A stretch of 35,131 nucleotides of DNA. Source: Lysobacterales bacterium. GTDB taxonomy: Bacteria > Pseudomonadota > Gammaproteobacteria > Xanthomonadales > SZUA-5. A program made the translations under genes and the position numbers. How positions within the stretch are numbered: the first letter of the stretch is position 1; each line of letters begins with the position of its first letter. The notes beneath the pieces were generated by a model. That model searched no databases. It was not told where the DNA came from and saw only the letters and a program-made list of their open reading frames with translations. Positions 10,567 through 18,500 of the stretch are shown piece after piece. The stretch is from the NCBI GenBank assembly GCA_020442775.1, contig JAGRJL010000341.1:1-35131 (forward strand), read 5' to 3'.

Positions 10567-13500
10567 ATGGTAGGGCACTGGACACTTTCGCTGAAGCACA
10601 TCACTGCAGGGTTGGTGCTGGTTGCCGGAATGCTCGCATCCGTGTCCGCCAGTGCGGCACCGGAAGGCGTATCGGGCGACATTTCCCTGACTCTGGTGGG
10701 AAACCCGATGGTGGCGCCGGTGTCCTCAAGCGTTACCTACAGCGCCACCGTGAGCTACACCTCTGGTACGCCTGCCGATGCCACCGGGGTGCAGGTGACC
10801 TTCTTCTCGTCGGCCGGGATGGTTTTCCAGAGCTTCTCCGGGGCTGGCTGGAACTGCGTCCCCGGAACCGTGATTACCTGCCAGCTGGCAGTGGGAATAC
10901 CAGTGGGCGGGTCATCGGCGCTCTCCCTGCAATACCAGATGCCGGCCACTCCGCAGACGGTGCAAATCCAGGGCAACGCCAGCTACGGTGGTGTCGAGAC
11001 CAATCCGGCCAACAATACTGCGGCAGCGATGACCCAGGTAGTGCTGACCGGCGCCACGCTGGGGCTCAATTTCAACGGTTCCACAGCCAGCGCGACCACC
11101 GGCGATCCGGTCAGCTACACTGCCCAGGTCAGCAATTCGGGACCCGGATCAGCGACGTCGGTAACCCTCAACGGCACCCTTTCGGGGCCAATCACGGTCA
11201 GCGGATTCAGCGGGACCGGCTGGAGCTGTACCAGTACCAGCAGCAGCTACAGCTGCAATTTCGCCAATCCCATCCTGGCCGGCAACGCCAGTCCGATCCT
11301 GACCATCAATGCGGTGGCCGGACCTGGGGCTGGCACGGCGACGATCAGCGCTACCGCCGATTCGCCCGACGCGACTTCTCCCGTCACTCAGAATCGCAAC
11401 CTGGCGGTGGCGGGAATTCCTCAGCTGCGCTTGATCAAGTCCGACAGCGTCGACCCGGTGCCGCTGGGGCAACGCTTCTTCTACAACCTGACCGTCTTCA
11501 ATGACGGGTCTGCCGCGGCGAGCGGGATTTCGCTGAGCGACACCCTGCCTAGCCAGGTCTCGCTGGTGCTGGCCAGCGGGGCTGGCTGGAACTGCAGCGG
11601 CAGCAGCACCGTACTGTGCAGTTTCAGCGGCAGTCTGGCTCCGGGGAATTCAACTTCGGTGCGCATCGACGTCGATGCCCAGGAAGCCGGCGTGATCACC
11701 AACACCGCGACGGCCTCCCTCGCTGGCGGGGCAGGGGATTCCGACTCGGAAGCCACCACCATCATCGATCGACCAGCCCTGAGCTTTACCAAGTCCGCCG
11801 ATCGCAATCAGGCGATTCTGGGTGAGAACATCGACTTCACCCTGAGCGTGCGCAACAACGGCAGCAGCGCAGTGAGCGGATTGCGTATCGTCGATCGGCT
11901 CCCGCCGAACCTCAGCTTCGTTGCCGCCAGCGGCAGCGGCTGGAGCTGCAGCAGCAGCGCCGGCAATGTGGTCTGCACCAGCGGTGGTCTGCAGGCTGGC
12001 GCTTCGTCCAGCGTGCTGCTGACGACGCTGGCAGCGGGTCCGGCAGGTACCGCCACCAACACTGCCACCCTCACTTTTGGCAGTGACGGGTCGGGTTTGA
12101 GCGCGTCTGCGTCGGTACTCTTGAGCGAACCCTCATCAGCGCCTGATCTGGTCCTGAGCAAGACCGACAGCGCAGATCCAGTGACCGTGGGCGCAGTCTT
12201 CAGCTACAGCCTGAATGTCACCAATCGCGGCGGTCCGGCGTCCAATCTGATGCTCAGCGATACCCTTCCCAACGGATTGAGCCTGGTCAGCGCCAGCGGC
12301 GCCGGCTGGAACTGCAACGGGGCACAAACCGTGGTCTGCAGCTTCCCGGGCACCCTGGACAATGGCGCGGCCAGCGAAGTGACGATCGCGGTGACCGCGC
12401 CGGGTGATCCGGCGGAGTTGTTCAACACCGCCACCGTGAGCGTTGCCAATGAGGCAAATCCGCAGGACAACAGCGACACCGAAGCGACCACCATCGTCAG
12501 TTCCGGTGGCGGCGGGGGCGTGGTTCGGGCTGATCTCGCCCTGACCGCCAGCGTCGATCCGGCCGCCGGCAACGTCGGTGATCTGGTGAGCTTCGTTCTC
12601 AACGCCAGCAACCTGGGGCCGGACAGCGCGACCAATGTTCGGGTAGGCGGCAGCACCGCCAGCGGACTGCAGTTGATTAGCGCTATGGCCGCCGGCTTTG
12701 ACTGCAGCGTCGATGGCTCCAGCTTCAGCTGCGTGGGCGCGACGCTGGCATCAGGCGCCAACGCCAGCGTGGTGGTGGGCGCGCAAATTGACGGTGCACC
12801 GGGCAGCAGTGCGCTGCTGAGCGCCAACGTGAGCAGTACGGTCGCCGATCCGATCAGCGACAACAATCTGGCCCAGGCCAGCGTGAGCATTCTGGCCCCG
12901 ACTGGCGCCGATCTGAGCCTGACCAAGAGCGACAGCGTTGATCCGGTGGATGCGGGTCAGCAGTTCAGCTACACGCTGACCGTGAGCAACCTTGGTCCAG
13001 CCAGCGCCACCGGCGTGCGCATCGTAGATCCGCTGCCCGCGGGTCTGACCCTGGTGTCTGCCAGCGCGCCGGGAATGAGCTGCAGCGGTGACCTCAGCGT
13101 CACCTGTCTTGCCAGCGGGTCTTTGCCGGTCGGCCAGAGTCTGGTCGCCACCCTGGTGGTGACTGCGCCCGACAGCGACGGCAGCATCGAGAACATCGCC
13201 GAGGTGTTCTCCACATCCACCGATCCCAACAGCAACAACAACCGCGGCAGTCAGACTACCACGGTGAATCGTCGCGACGAGCAGCAGCTGGGCGAAGAGC
13301 TGAACACCGCGGTGGTCAATGATCCCGTCGCCGCTGCCGCGGCGGGTCCGGTTGGGCAGATTTGCGCCAACCCCAGCGCCGACTTTGCTCGCGGGTGCGA
13401 CATCCTCACTCGGGCCCTCGATGAGGGCCGTACCGACGACGTGGCCGAAGCGCTGCGCGCGATTTCGCCCAACGAGATCATCGCCCAGTCCGGTGCGATG

Positions 13501-14544
13501 CTGGAGCTGGCCAACACCCAGTTTTTCAACGTCGATGCTCGCCTGGCCGAGCTGCGCGGCGGCGGTGGTGGTTTCAGTCTGTCCGGGCTGACGGTGGTAT
13601 CCGGCGGCAAGGCGATTCCCTTCAGCCTGTTCCGTGGTCTGCTCGACAGCGATGAACCGGAGGTCGGCGGCAGCGGCGACCTGATCAGTCCCTGGGGCTT
13701 CTTCGTCAACGGCACCATCAGCCAGGGCGATCAGAACCTCAGCTCTTCCGATCGCAACGCGCTGCTGGATTTCGACAGCTACGGGATCACTGCCGGCGTC
13801 GACTATCGGATCAACTACCGCGGCGTGGTCGGTGCGGCTCTGGGCTACACCAAGTTTGACTCAAACCTGACCGAGCGCGGCGAACTCTCAACCAGTGGGT
13901 TCACCATCACTGGCTATGGCTCCTACTATCTGACCGACAACTTCTACATGGATGCGCGGCTCAGCTACAACTGGGGCACTCTGGATCAGGATCGTCGGAT
14001 CCGCTTCGGCAGCGGCCCGGATCTGGTTGATCTGCGTGCGCGCGGCAGCACCGACTCCACCCAGTTTGCCTTCGCTGCCGGGGCTGGCTATCACTACAAC
14101 GCGGGCGGCTGGGTGATCACGCCGAACGGCTTCATCCGCTATGTCCGCAGCAATATCGACGGATTCGGCGAGAGCGGTGCCGGCGCCTTCAGCGCAATCT
14201 ATGAGGACCAGGATCTGACCTCCTTCCAGGCCGGATTCGGATTACAGGTCACCAAGGCCTTCAGCGTCAGTTCTGGGGTGATTTCGCCTCAGTTTGATAT
14301 CCAGTTTGTCCATGAAAGCAAGGCGGATGATCTGCTGGTACAGGCGCAACTCGCCGGCGCCGATCCCTCGGTGGTGTTCCAACTGGACGGTGATGAGCCG
14401 GATTCCAGCTTTGGCAACATCGGTCTGGGCTTTGTCTACGTGACCGCGAATGGGCGCCAGGCCTACGTTCAGTACCGAGAGAGCATCGGCAAGGACGGGT
14501 TGGACCGAGGTACGTTGAACCTCGGGGCGCGATTTGAATTTTGA
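10567..14544 (+). CDS. Autotransporter outer-membrane protein with a DUF11-type (conserved repeat domain) passenger
   Basis: ATG 10567 is preceded by GGGAG at 10555-10559. Signal peptide MVGHWTLSLKHITAGLVLVAGMLASVSASA. Seven roughly 120-aa modules each carry a D-S-x-D-P-V / N-x-G-P / G-x-G-W-x-C...C pattern. The C-terminal ~290 aa form a classic autotransporter beta-domain (WGFFVNG, GITAGVDYR, alternating aromatic strands, terminal ARFEF). Confidence 0.85.
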   Translation: MVGHWTLSLKHITAGLVLVAGMLASVSASAAPEGVSGDISLTLVGNPMVAPVSSSVTYSATVSYTSGTPADATGVQVTFFSSAGMVFQSFSGAGWNCVPGTVITCQLAVGIPVGGSSALSLQYQMPATPQTVQIQGNASYGGVETNPANNTAAAMTQVVLTGATLGLNFNGSTASATTGDPVSYTAQVSNSGPGSATSVTLNGTLSGPITVSGFSGTGWSCTSTSSSYSCNFANPILAGNASPILTINAVAGPGAGTATISATADSPDATSPVTQNRNLAVAGIPQLRLIKSDSVDPVPLGQRFFYNLTVFNDGSAAASGISLSDTLPSQVSLVLASGAGWNCSGSSTVLCSFSGSLAPGNSTSVRIDVDAQEAGVITNTATASLAGGAGDSDSEATTIIDRPALSFTKSADRNQAILGENIDFTLSVRNNGSSAVSGLRIVDRLPPNLSFVAASGSGWSCSSSAGNVVCTSGGLQAGASSSVLLTTLAAGPAGTATNTATLTFGSDGSGLSASASVLLSEPSSAPDLVLSKTDSADPVTVGAVFSYSLNVTNRGGPASNLMLSDTLPNGLSLVSASGAGWNCNGAQTVVCSFPGTLDNGAASEVTIAVTAPGDPAELFNTATVSVANEANPQDNSDTEATTIVSSGGGGGVVRADLALTASVDPAAGNVGDLVSFVLNASNLGPDSATNVRVGGSTASGLQLISAMAAGFDCSVDGSSFSCVGATLASGANASVVVGAQIDGAPGSSALLSANVSSTVADPISDNNLAQASVSILAPTGADLSLTKSDSVDPVDAGQQFSYTLTVSNLGPASATGVRIVDPLPAGLTLVSASAPGMSCSGDLSVTCLASGSLPVGQSLVATLVVTAPDSDGSIENIAEVFSTSTDPNSNNNRGSQTTTVNRRDEQQLGEELNTAVVNDPVAAAAAGPVGQICANPSADFARGCDILTRALDEGRTDDVAEALRAISPNEIIAQSGAMLELANTQFFNVDARLAELRGGGGGFSLSGLTVVSGGKAIPFSLFRGLLDSDEPEVGGSGDLISPWGFFVNGTISQGDQNLSSSDRNALLDFDSYGITAGVDYRINYRGVVGAALGYTKFDSNLTERGELSTSGFTITGYGSYYLTDNFYMDARLSYNWGTLDQDRRIRFGSGPDLVDLRARGSTDSTQFAFAAGAGYHYNAGGWVITPNGFIRYVRSNIDGFGESGAGAFSAIYEDQDLTSFQAGFGLQVTKAFSVSSGVISPQFDIQFVHESKADDLLVQAQLAGADPSVVFQLDGDEPDSSFGNIGLGFVYVTANGRQAYVQYRESIGKDGLDRGTLNLGARFEF
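10690..13260 (+). repeat. Seven tandem DUF11-like coding repeats inside the autotransporter passenger
   Basis: Cys-pair landmarks recur seven times: GAGWNCVPGTVITC, GTGWSCTSTSSSYSC, GAGWNCSGSSTVLC, GSGWSCSSSAGNVVC, GAGWNCNGAQTVVC, AAGFDCSVDGSSFSC and APGMSCSGDLSVTC. Boundaries are approximate. Confidence 0.7.
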
Positions 14545-14559
14545 TCAAGGAGTAAACAC

Positions 14560-16572
14560 ATGAGCTCGCAATCACAGCCGTATCGCCTTCGAAGCTGGAG
14601 TCGGCAGTGCCTGATGAGCGCTGCTGCCGCGCTGGTGGCCATCGCCGGAACCGTTTCGTCTTCGTCGCTACATGCGGCAAAGCGGGTGGACAAGCCGCAG
14701 ATCGACGAACTCTATGTGGTCGACTGTCTGCTGCCCGGTCAGGTTCGCCAGTTGGGCGGCAACTTCACCTATCTGTCCGCACGGCGCCCGATCAAGACCA
14801 CCGCGCGTGACTGCGAGATTCGCGGCGGAGAGTACGTGGCCTTTGATCGCGCCAACTATGCGACTGCGCTGAAGACCTGGCTGCCCGCGGCACAGTCCGG
14901 CGATGCCGATGCAATGAACACCGTGGGCGAAATCTACGAGCAGGGTCTAGGGCTTGAGCCGGACTATGAACTCGCGGCGCAGTGGTTCAAGAAGGCCGCT
15001 GAGAAGGGTCATTCCAGTGCAATGATCAACCTCGGCACCATGTACGAGGCCGGTCGCGGTGTGCCACAGGACTCCACCGTGGCGATGAACTGGTATCGCA
15101 AGGCCTCCGGTCTGACGACCGGCAAGCTCGAGCTGGTCACCGAGGAAGAAGAGGCCCGGCGTCGAGCGCAGGAGCAGGAAAACATCGAGTTGCGCAACCA
15201 GGTGGGCCGATTGAAGGGCGAGTTGGATCAGGCCCGCTCCCAGCTCAACGAGCGCAAGGCGGCGCTGGAAAGCTCGAAGGCGCAGCTGGAGCAGGCGCGC
15301 AGCCAGCTGACCAAACTGGAGCGCGAATCGGCTGAGGGCAAGGCCGCAATGCAGCGTCTCACCCAGCTGGAGACTGAAGTCAGCCAACGCGAGCAGGCGG
15401 TCCGCAGCAGCGAGACCAACACCGATCAGCTGCTGGCGCAGCTGGGCATTGACGCCAGCCAGCGAGGCCCGGCGCCTGAGGGCACCGCGCCGCGTATCGA
15501 TGTGATCTCACCCAAGCTCAAGACCACCCGCGCCGGGGTTCTGGCAGCACCGCTGTTTGGCAGCATGCCGAGCTATCAGGTGATCGGTCGGGTCTATCCA
15601 GCCGGTCAGATCAGCTCGCTGAAGGTCAACAACGTCGACCTGTTCGCCAAGGTAGATCCGGACGGCATCTTCACCGCGGACATTTCCCTGCCCGCTGCCG
15701 AGACGCCGGTGCGGATCGAGGCGGTCACCGCTGACGGCACCGAGGTCAGCGAGACCTTCATGATCACACAGCAGTCCAATGCGCCGGCCTTGGCCAAGCG
15801 AGTGACCTCGAAGATCTTCCAGCGCCGCATGCGCAAGGATCTGGGCAACTTCCACGCCGTGGTGATTGGCAACAACGCCTACAGCAACGGATTCGCGCCG
15901 CTCAACACCGCGGCGAATGATGCTCAGGAAGTCGGCAAGGTGCTGCGTACGCGCTACGGCTATCAGGTGACGGTGATTCAGAACGCCACCAAGCTGGACA
16001 TGGTCTCCAAGCTGTCAGAGCTGTCGACTGAACTCAAGGCGGACGACAATCTGCTGATCTATTACGCCGGCCATGGGCAGATCGACGCCAAGAACAAGGG
16101 CTACTGGATTCCGGTGGATGGCAGTGTCGACGACCCGTCATCCTGGGTCAGCACCGAGATCATCAATGACTTCATCGGCGCGATGGAGGCCAAGCACGTG
16201 CTGGTGATCGCTGATTCCTGCTACTCGGGAATCCTGAGTGGCAGCGCGATCCGACCGATTCCGGCCGATGCGGCAGAGCAGGACCTGCTGTTCGTCTCCC
16301 GAGTCAAGGCGCGCACCGTGCTGACTTCCGGTGGGCTGCAGCCGGTGCTGGACGAAGGCGGAAACGGCCATTCGGTATTCGCTCAGGCCTTCCTGACCGC
16401 GCTCAACCAGAACGACACCCTGGTGGAAGGTTACCGCCTGTATCAGGACGTCGCCCAGCTGGTTACCCAGCGCTCGATGGTGCTCGGCCTGCCGCAAACC
16501 CCACAGTACACCGCGCTCAAGCACGTGGGGCACGAGGGTAGCGAGTTCTTCTTCATTCCGAAGGAAGCGTAG
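14560..16572 (+). CDS. Secreted Sel1-repeat / coiled-coil / caspase-like (peptidase C14) protein
   Basis: AAGGAG at 14547-14552, 7 nt before the ATG and only 15 nt after the autotransporter stop. Hydrophobic N-terminus (MSAAAALVAIAGTV). Sel1 repeats (DADAMNTVGEIYEQGLGLEPDYELAAQWFKKAAEKGHSSAMINLGTMYEAGRGVPQD...AMNWYRKA). About 100 aa of heptad-rich E/Q/R/L coiled coil. The C-terminal caspase fold begins HAVVIGNNAY, with a His-Cys dyad: YYAGHG (His codon 16072-16074) and ADSCYSG (Cys codon 16219-16221). Confidence 0.85.
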   Translation: MSSQSQPYRLRSWSRQCLMSAAAALVAIAGTVSSSSLHAAKRVDKPQIDELYVVDCLLPGQVRQLGGNFTYLSARRPIKTTARDCEIRGGEYVAFDRANYATALKTWLPAAQSGDADAMNTVGEIYEQGLGLEPDYELAAQWFKKAAEKGHSSAMINLGTMYEAGRGVPQDSTVAMNWYRKASGLTTGKLELVTEEEEARRRAQEQENIELRNQVGRLKGELDQARSQLNERKAALESSKAQLEQARSQLTKLERESAEGKAAMQRLTQLETEVSQREQAVRSSETNTDQLLAQLGIDASQRGPAPEGTAPRIDVISPKLKTTRAGVLAAPLFGSMPSYQVIGRVYPAGQISSLKVNNVDLFAKVDPDGIFTADISLPAAETPVRIEAVTADGTEVSETFMITQQSNAPALAKRVTSKIFQRRMRKDLGNFHAVVIGNNAYSNGFAPLNTAANDAQEVGKVLRTRYGYQVTVIQNATKLDMVSKLSELSTELKADDNLLIYYAGHGQIDAKNKGYWIPVDGSVDDPSSWVSTEIINDFIGAMEAKHVLVIADSCYSGILSGSAIRPIPADAAEQDLLFVSRVKARTVLTSGGLQPVLDEGGNGHSVFAQAFLTALNQNDTLVEGYRLYQDVAQLVTQRSMVLGLPQTPQYTALKHVGHEGSEFFFIPKEA

Positions 16573-16603
16573 CGTCGGAAGGCGGTTTCGTGGATCAGAG
16601 ATT

Positions 16604-16853
16604 GGGCCCGCTAGGGCCCTTTCTCTTTCTGGGCCCAGGGAATAGCGACTAGGGAATAGGGCCCAGTGCCCAGGGCCCAGTGCCCAGGCGGCAGGGGTTA
16701 CGGCAGCATCGTTTCTCTGCTCCGATCCGACCGTTCGAAAAGAAGGTGCCGCGCAGAGCAGGATGCTGTTCTGATTTGACTTTGTGCTATCTGGACGACG
16801 CCGAAGTCGCGAGATGTTAGGTCCTGGGCCCTCTGCCCTGGGCCCTTTGCCCT
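16604..16853. repeat. GGGCCC-rich, 14-bp-periodic inverted-repeat element
   Basis: Seven GGGCCC hexamers, at 16604, 16614, 16631, 16659, 16673, 16826 and 16840. Left arm: five 14-bp units from 16631 (GGGCCCAGGGAATA, GCGACTAGGGAATA, GGGCCCAGTGCCCA twice, GGCGGCAGGGGTTA). Right arm: two 14-bp units (GGGCCCTCTGCCCT, GGGCCCTTTGCCCT). GGGCCCAG on the left is the reverse complement of CTGGGCCC on the right. Confidence 0.75.
16704..16780 (+). terminator. Possible long-stem intrinsic terminator for the autotransporter-caspase operon
   Basis: CAGCATC (16704-16710) and CTCTGC (16715-16720) pair with GCAGAG (16753-16758) and GATGCTG (16762-16768). A T-rich tract follows (TTCTGATTTGACTTTG). The stem is interrupted and the loop is long, so this call is weak. 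Confidence 0.3.
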
Positions 16854-16859
16854 CAGCAC

Positions 16860-17888
16860 CTACCCCTCCCCAACCATCCCGCTGGGCAATTGCATCGTGA
16901 TGCAGTGCAGACTGCCGTTCTGCTCGATGAGCGGACGACAGGGAACCGGTACGACGGTGTGCGCGGGGAAGGCCTCGGCGAGGACTTCGGCGGCTGCGCG
17001 GTCGCTGGCGACGCCGTAACCGGGCATCAGCACCGCGCCGTTGGTGATCAGGAAGTTGGCGTAGGAAGCCGCCAGCCGGCGACCATCCGCGGCGTGAATG
17101 GGCGGTGCCCAGGGCAGGGCGAACAGCTGGTAGGGCTGGTCGTCACGGGTGCGCAGCGCAGCCAGTTCGGCCGCCATCGCCTGCAGTTCGGCGTAGTGGC
17201 TGTCCTGCGGATCGTCGCAGCCCTGGTAGATGATGCGATCGCGGCCGGCGAAGCGCGCGAGGGTGTCGATGTGGGCGTCGGTGTCGTCGCCCTCCAGCGC
17301 GCCGTGCTCCAGCGCGAACACCCGATCACAGCCCAGCGCGTCGGCCAGCGTGGCCTGCAGTTGCGCTTCGCTGAGGCTGCCGTGGCGCTGCCGCAGGCAG
17401 CGCCAGGTGGTCAGCAAGGTGCCGCGTCCATCGGTTTCGATCGCGCCGCCCTCGACCGCGAAGTCGATGCGTCGGTGGGCGAGGTGCTGAAACATCGGCA
17501 GTGCCCAAAGCTTTTCGATCAGCTGGTCGTCGGTGCTGGCCTCGAACTTGCCGCCCCAGCCGGTGAAGCGAAAATCCACCCAGACCGGCTGGGATTCGTC
17601 GAACAGCGAAATCGGACCCGAATCGCGCAACCAGGTGTCGTGATAGGGCACCTCCAGCAGACGCAGGCGCCCGGGCGTGATTCTGGACGCCAGTGCAGTT
17701 CGCGCCTCGCGCCCAATCTGGTCATTGGCCACCAGCAGCAGAACCTTGACGTGCGGCTGCAGCGAGGAAATCAGCGCGGTGTAACAGGCCCGTACCTGAT
17801 CGAGGTTTTCAGCCCAGTCAGTGCCTTCATGCGGCCAGGCCAGCAGCACGGCATCCTGTGCTGCCCACTCGGCAGGCCAGCGGATCAC
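16860..17888 (-). CDS. aguA: Agmatine deiminase family protein (Porphyromonas-type peptidylarginine deiminase fold)
   Basis: 342 aa: MIRWPAEWAAQDAVLLAWPHEGTDWAENL, then YHDTWLRDSGPI, GGAIETDGRGTLLTT, DDTDAHIDTLARF, ANFLITNGAVLMP and the catalytic-Cys C-terminus NGSLHCITMQ. The GTG start overlaps the stop of the upstream small gene (GTGA). Confidence 0.85.
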   Translation of the reverse strand: MIRWPAEWAAQDAVLLAWPHEGTDWAENLDQVRACYTALISSLQPHVKVLLLVANDQIGREARTALASRITPGRLRLLEVPYHDTWLRDSGPISLFDESQPVWVDFRFTGWGGKFEASTDDQLIEKLWALPMFQHLAHRRIDFAVEGGAIETDGRGTLLTTWRCLRQRHGSLSEAQLQATLADALGCDRVFALEHGALEGDDTDAHIDTLARFAGRDRIIYQGCDDPQDSHYAELQAMAAELAALRTRDDQPYQLFALPWAPPIHAADGRRLAASYANFLITNGAVLMPGYGVASDRAAAEVLAEAFPAHTVVPVPCRPLIEQNGSLHCITMQLPSGMVGEG

Positions 17889-18202
17889 TGTTGCTCGGAG
17901 ACCGGTCGAGGGCCGATTTCCTGCGGCGCCGACTTGCGCATCACGGTGTCGATCACGTGGCTGTGCTCAAAGTAGACCGAAAAGGCCGGGTACTCCCAGC
18001 GAGTGATCGGCGGCTGGCCGACCGCCGCGTAGGCCTTCTCCGGTTCACCATACTGACTGCGAACGGTGTCCATGGTGGATCCACGACGCGGCATCGCAGC
18101 GCTGTCGCTGCGCTGCACCCGCTCAATCAGCAGGGTATCGGCCAGGGCTGGTGCGGTGATCAACAGGCCCAACAGACAGCTTGCGATCAGGTGGCTTCTC
18201 AT
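17885..18202 (-). CDS. Small secreted protein of unknown function
   Basis: 105 aa. Sec signal peptide MRSHLIASCLLGLLITAPALA followed by DT. The mature part has normal composition (RGSTMDTVRSQYGEPEKAYAAVGQPPITRWEYPAFSVYFEHSHVIDTV). GGAG lies 7 nt upstream of the ATG (CTCC at 18210-18213 on the + strand). Confidence 0.7.
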   Translation of the reverse strand: MRSHLIASCLLGLLITAPALADTLLIERVQRSDSAAMPRRGSTMDTVRSQYGEPEKAYAAVGQPPITRWEYPAFSVYFEHSHVIDTVMRKSAPQEIGPRPVSEQQ

Positions 18203-18340
18203 AACGCCTCCACTCCATGCGGCAAACCAGCATCGTACATCAAGGCGAATGTGACGGAATGGCTTTCGTCCGCAAATTTGCCCGCGTGAGCGTCGTTCGC
18301 CAGATTCTGTGGCGAGGTACTCGTTCCCGTGGCGAAGAGC

Positions 18341-18488
18341 TCAGTTCCTGTAGCCAGTTCCAGTAGCTCAAGAGCAGTTCCAGTAGCCAGGAAAGCCAGA
18401 GCCAGAGCCAGGATCTCCGAGACCCCGCTGTTTACTGGCCACTGGAACTGGCTGCTGGTACTGCTTCTAGGAACTGGCTACTGGACCT
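18341..18488. repeat. CCAGT-type imperfect inverted-repeat element with an internal microsatellite
   Basis: CAGTTCCAGTAGC is repeated directly at 18355-18367 and 18375-18387. AGCCAG occurs three times in tandem at 18394-18411. The right arm, GGCCACTGGAACTGGC (18438-18453) and GGAACTGGCTACTGGA (18470-18485), is the near-perfect reverse complement of left-arm words. Confidence 0.75.
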
Positions 18489-18500
18489 AGCGCACTTGAA

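Noticed and set aside
10333-10599. In-frame upstream extensions of both divergent genes: 89 extra codons on the alpha-2-macroglobulin ORF and 63 on the autotransporter ORF, overlapping each other
   Set aside because: The extensions have no signal or lipobox logic and unusual composition. They would make the two genes overlap across their shared promoter region. The internal starts give a lipobox (LLGGC) and a signal peptide with an RBS, respectively.
12204-12926. 240-aa minus-strand ORF and other 60-155-aa ORFs inside 10.5-14.7 kb
   Set aside because: Antisense or off-frame to the autotransporter gene. Their Ser/Ala/Leu/Pro-rich translations mirror the repeat structure of the real frame.
16604-16853. 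CRISPR-like interpretation of the periodic repeat arrays here and at 18341..18488
   Set aside because: Units are 6-20 bp and contiguous or nearly so, with no unique spacers of 25-40 bp. No cas genes are in the window.
16890-17975. 361-aa + strand ORF
   Set aside because: Antisense to the agmatine deiminase-family gene and the small secreted protein gene. Composition is artefact-like.
18203-18500. About 95-codon stop-free minus-strand frame running through the CCAGT repeat element (…LALALAFLATGTALELLELATGTELF…)
   Set aside because: It has no ATG or GTG start and no RBS. It is out of frame with the downstream small-protein gene. The low-complexity translation is simply a by-product of the DNA repeats.
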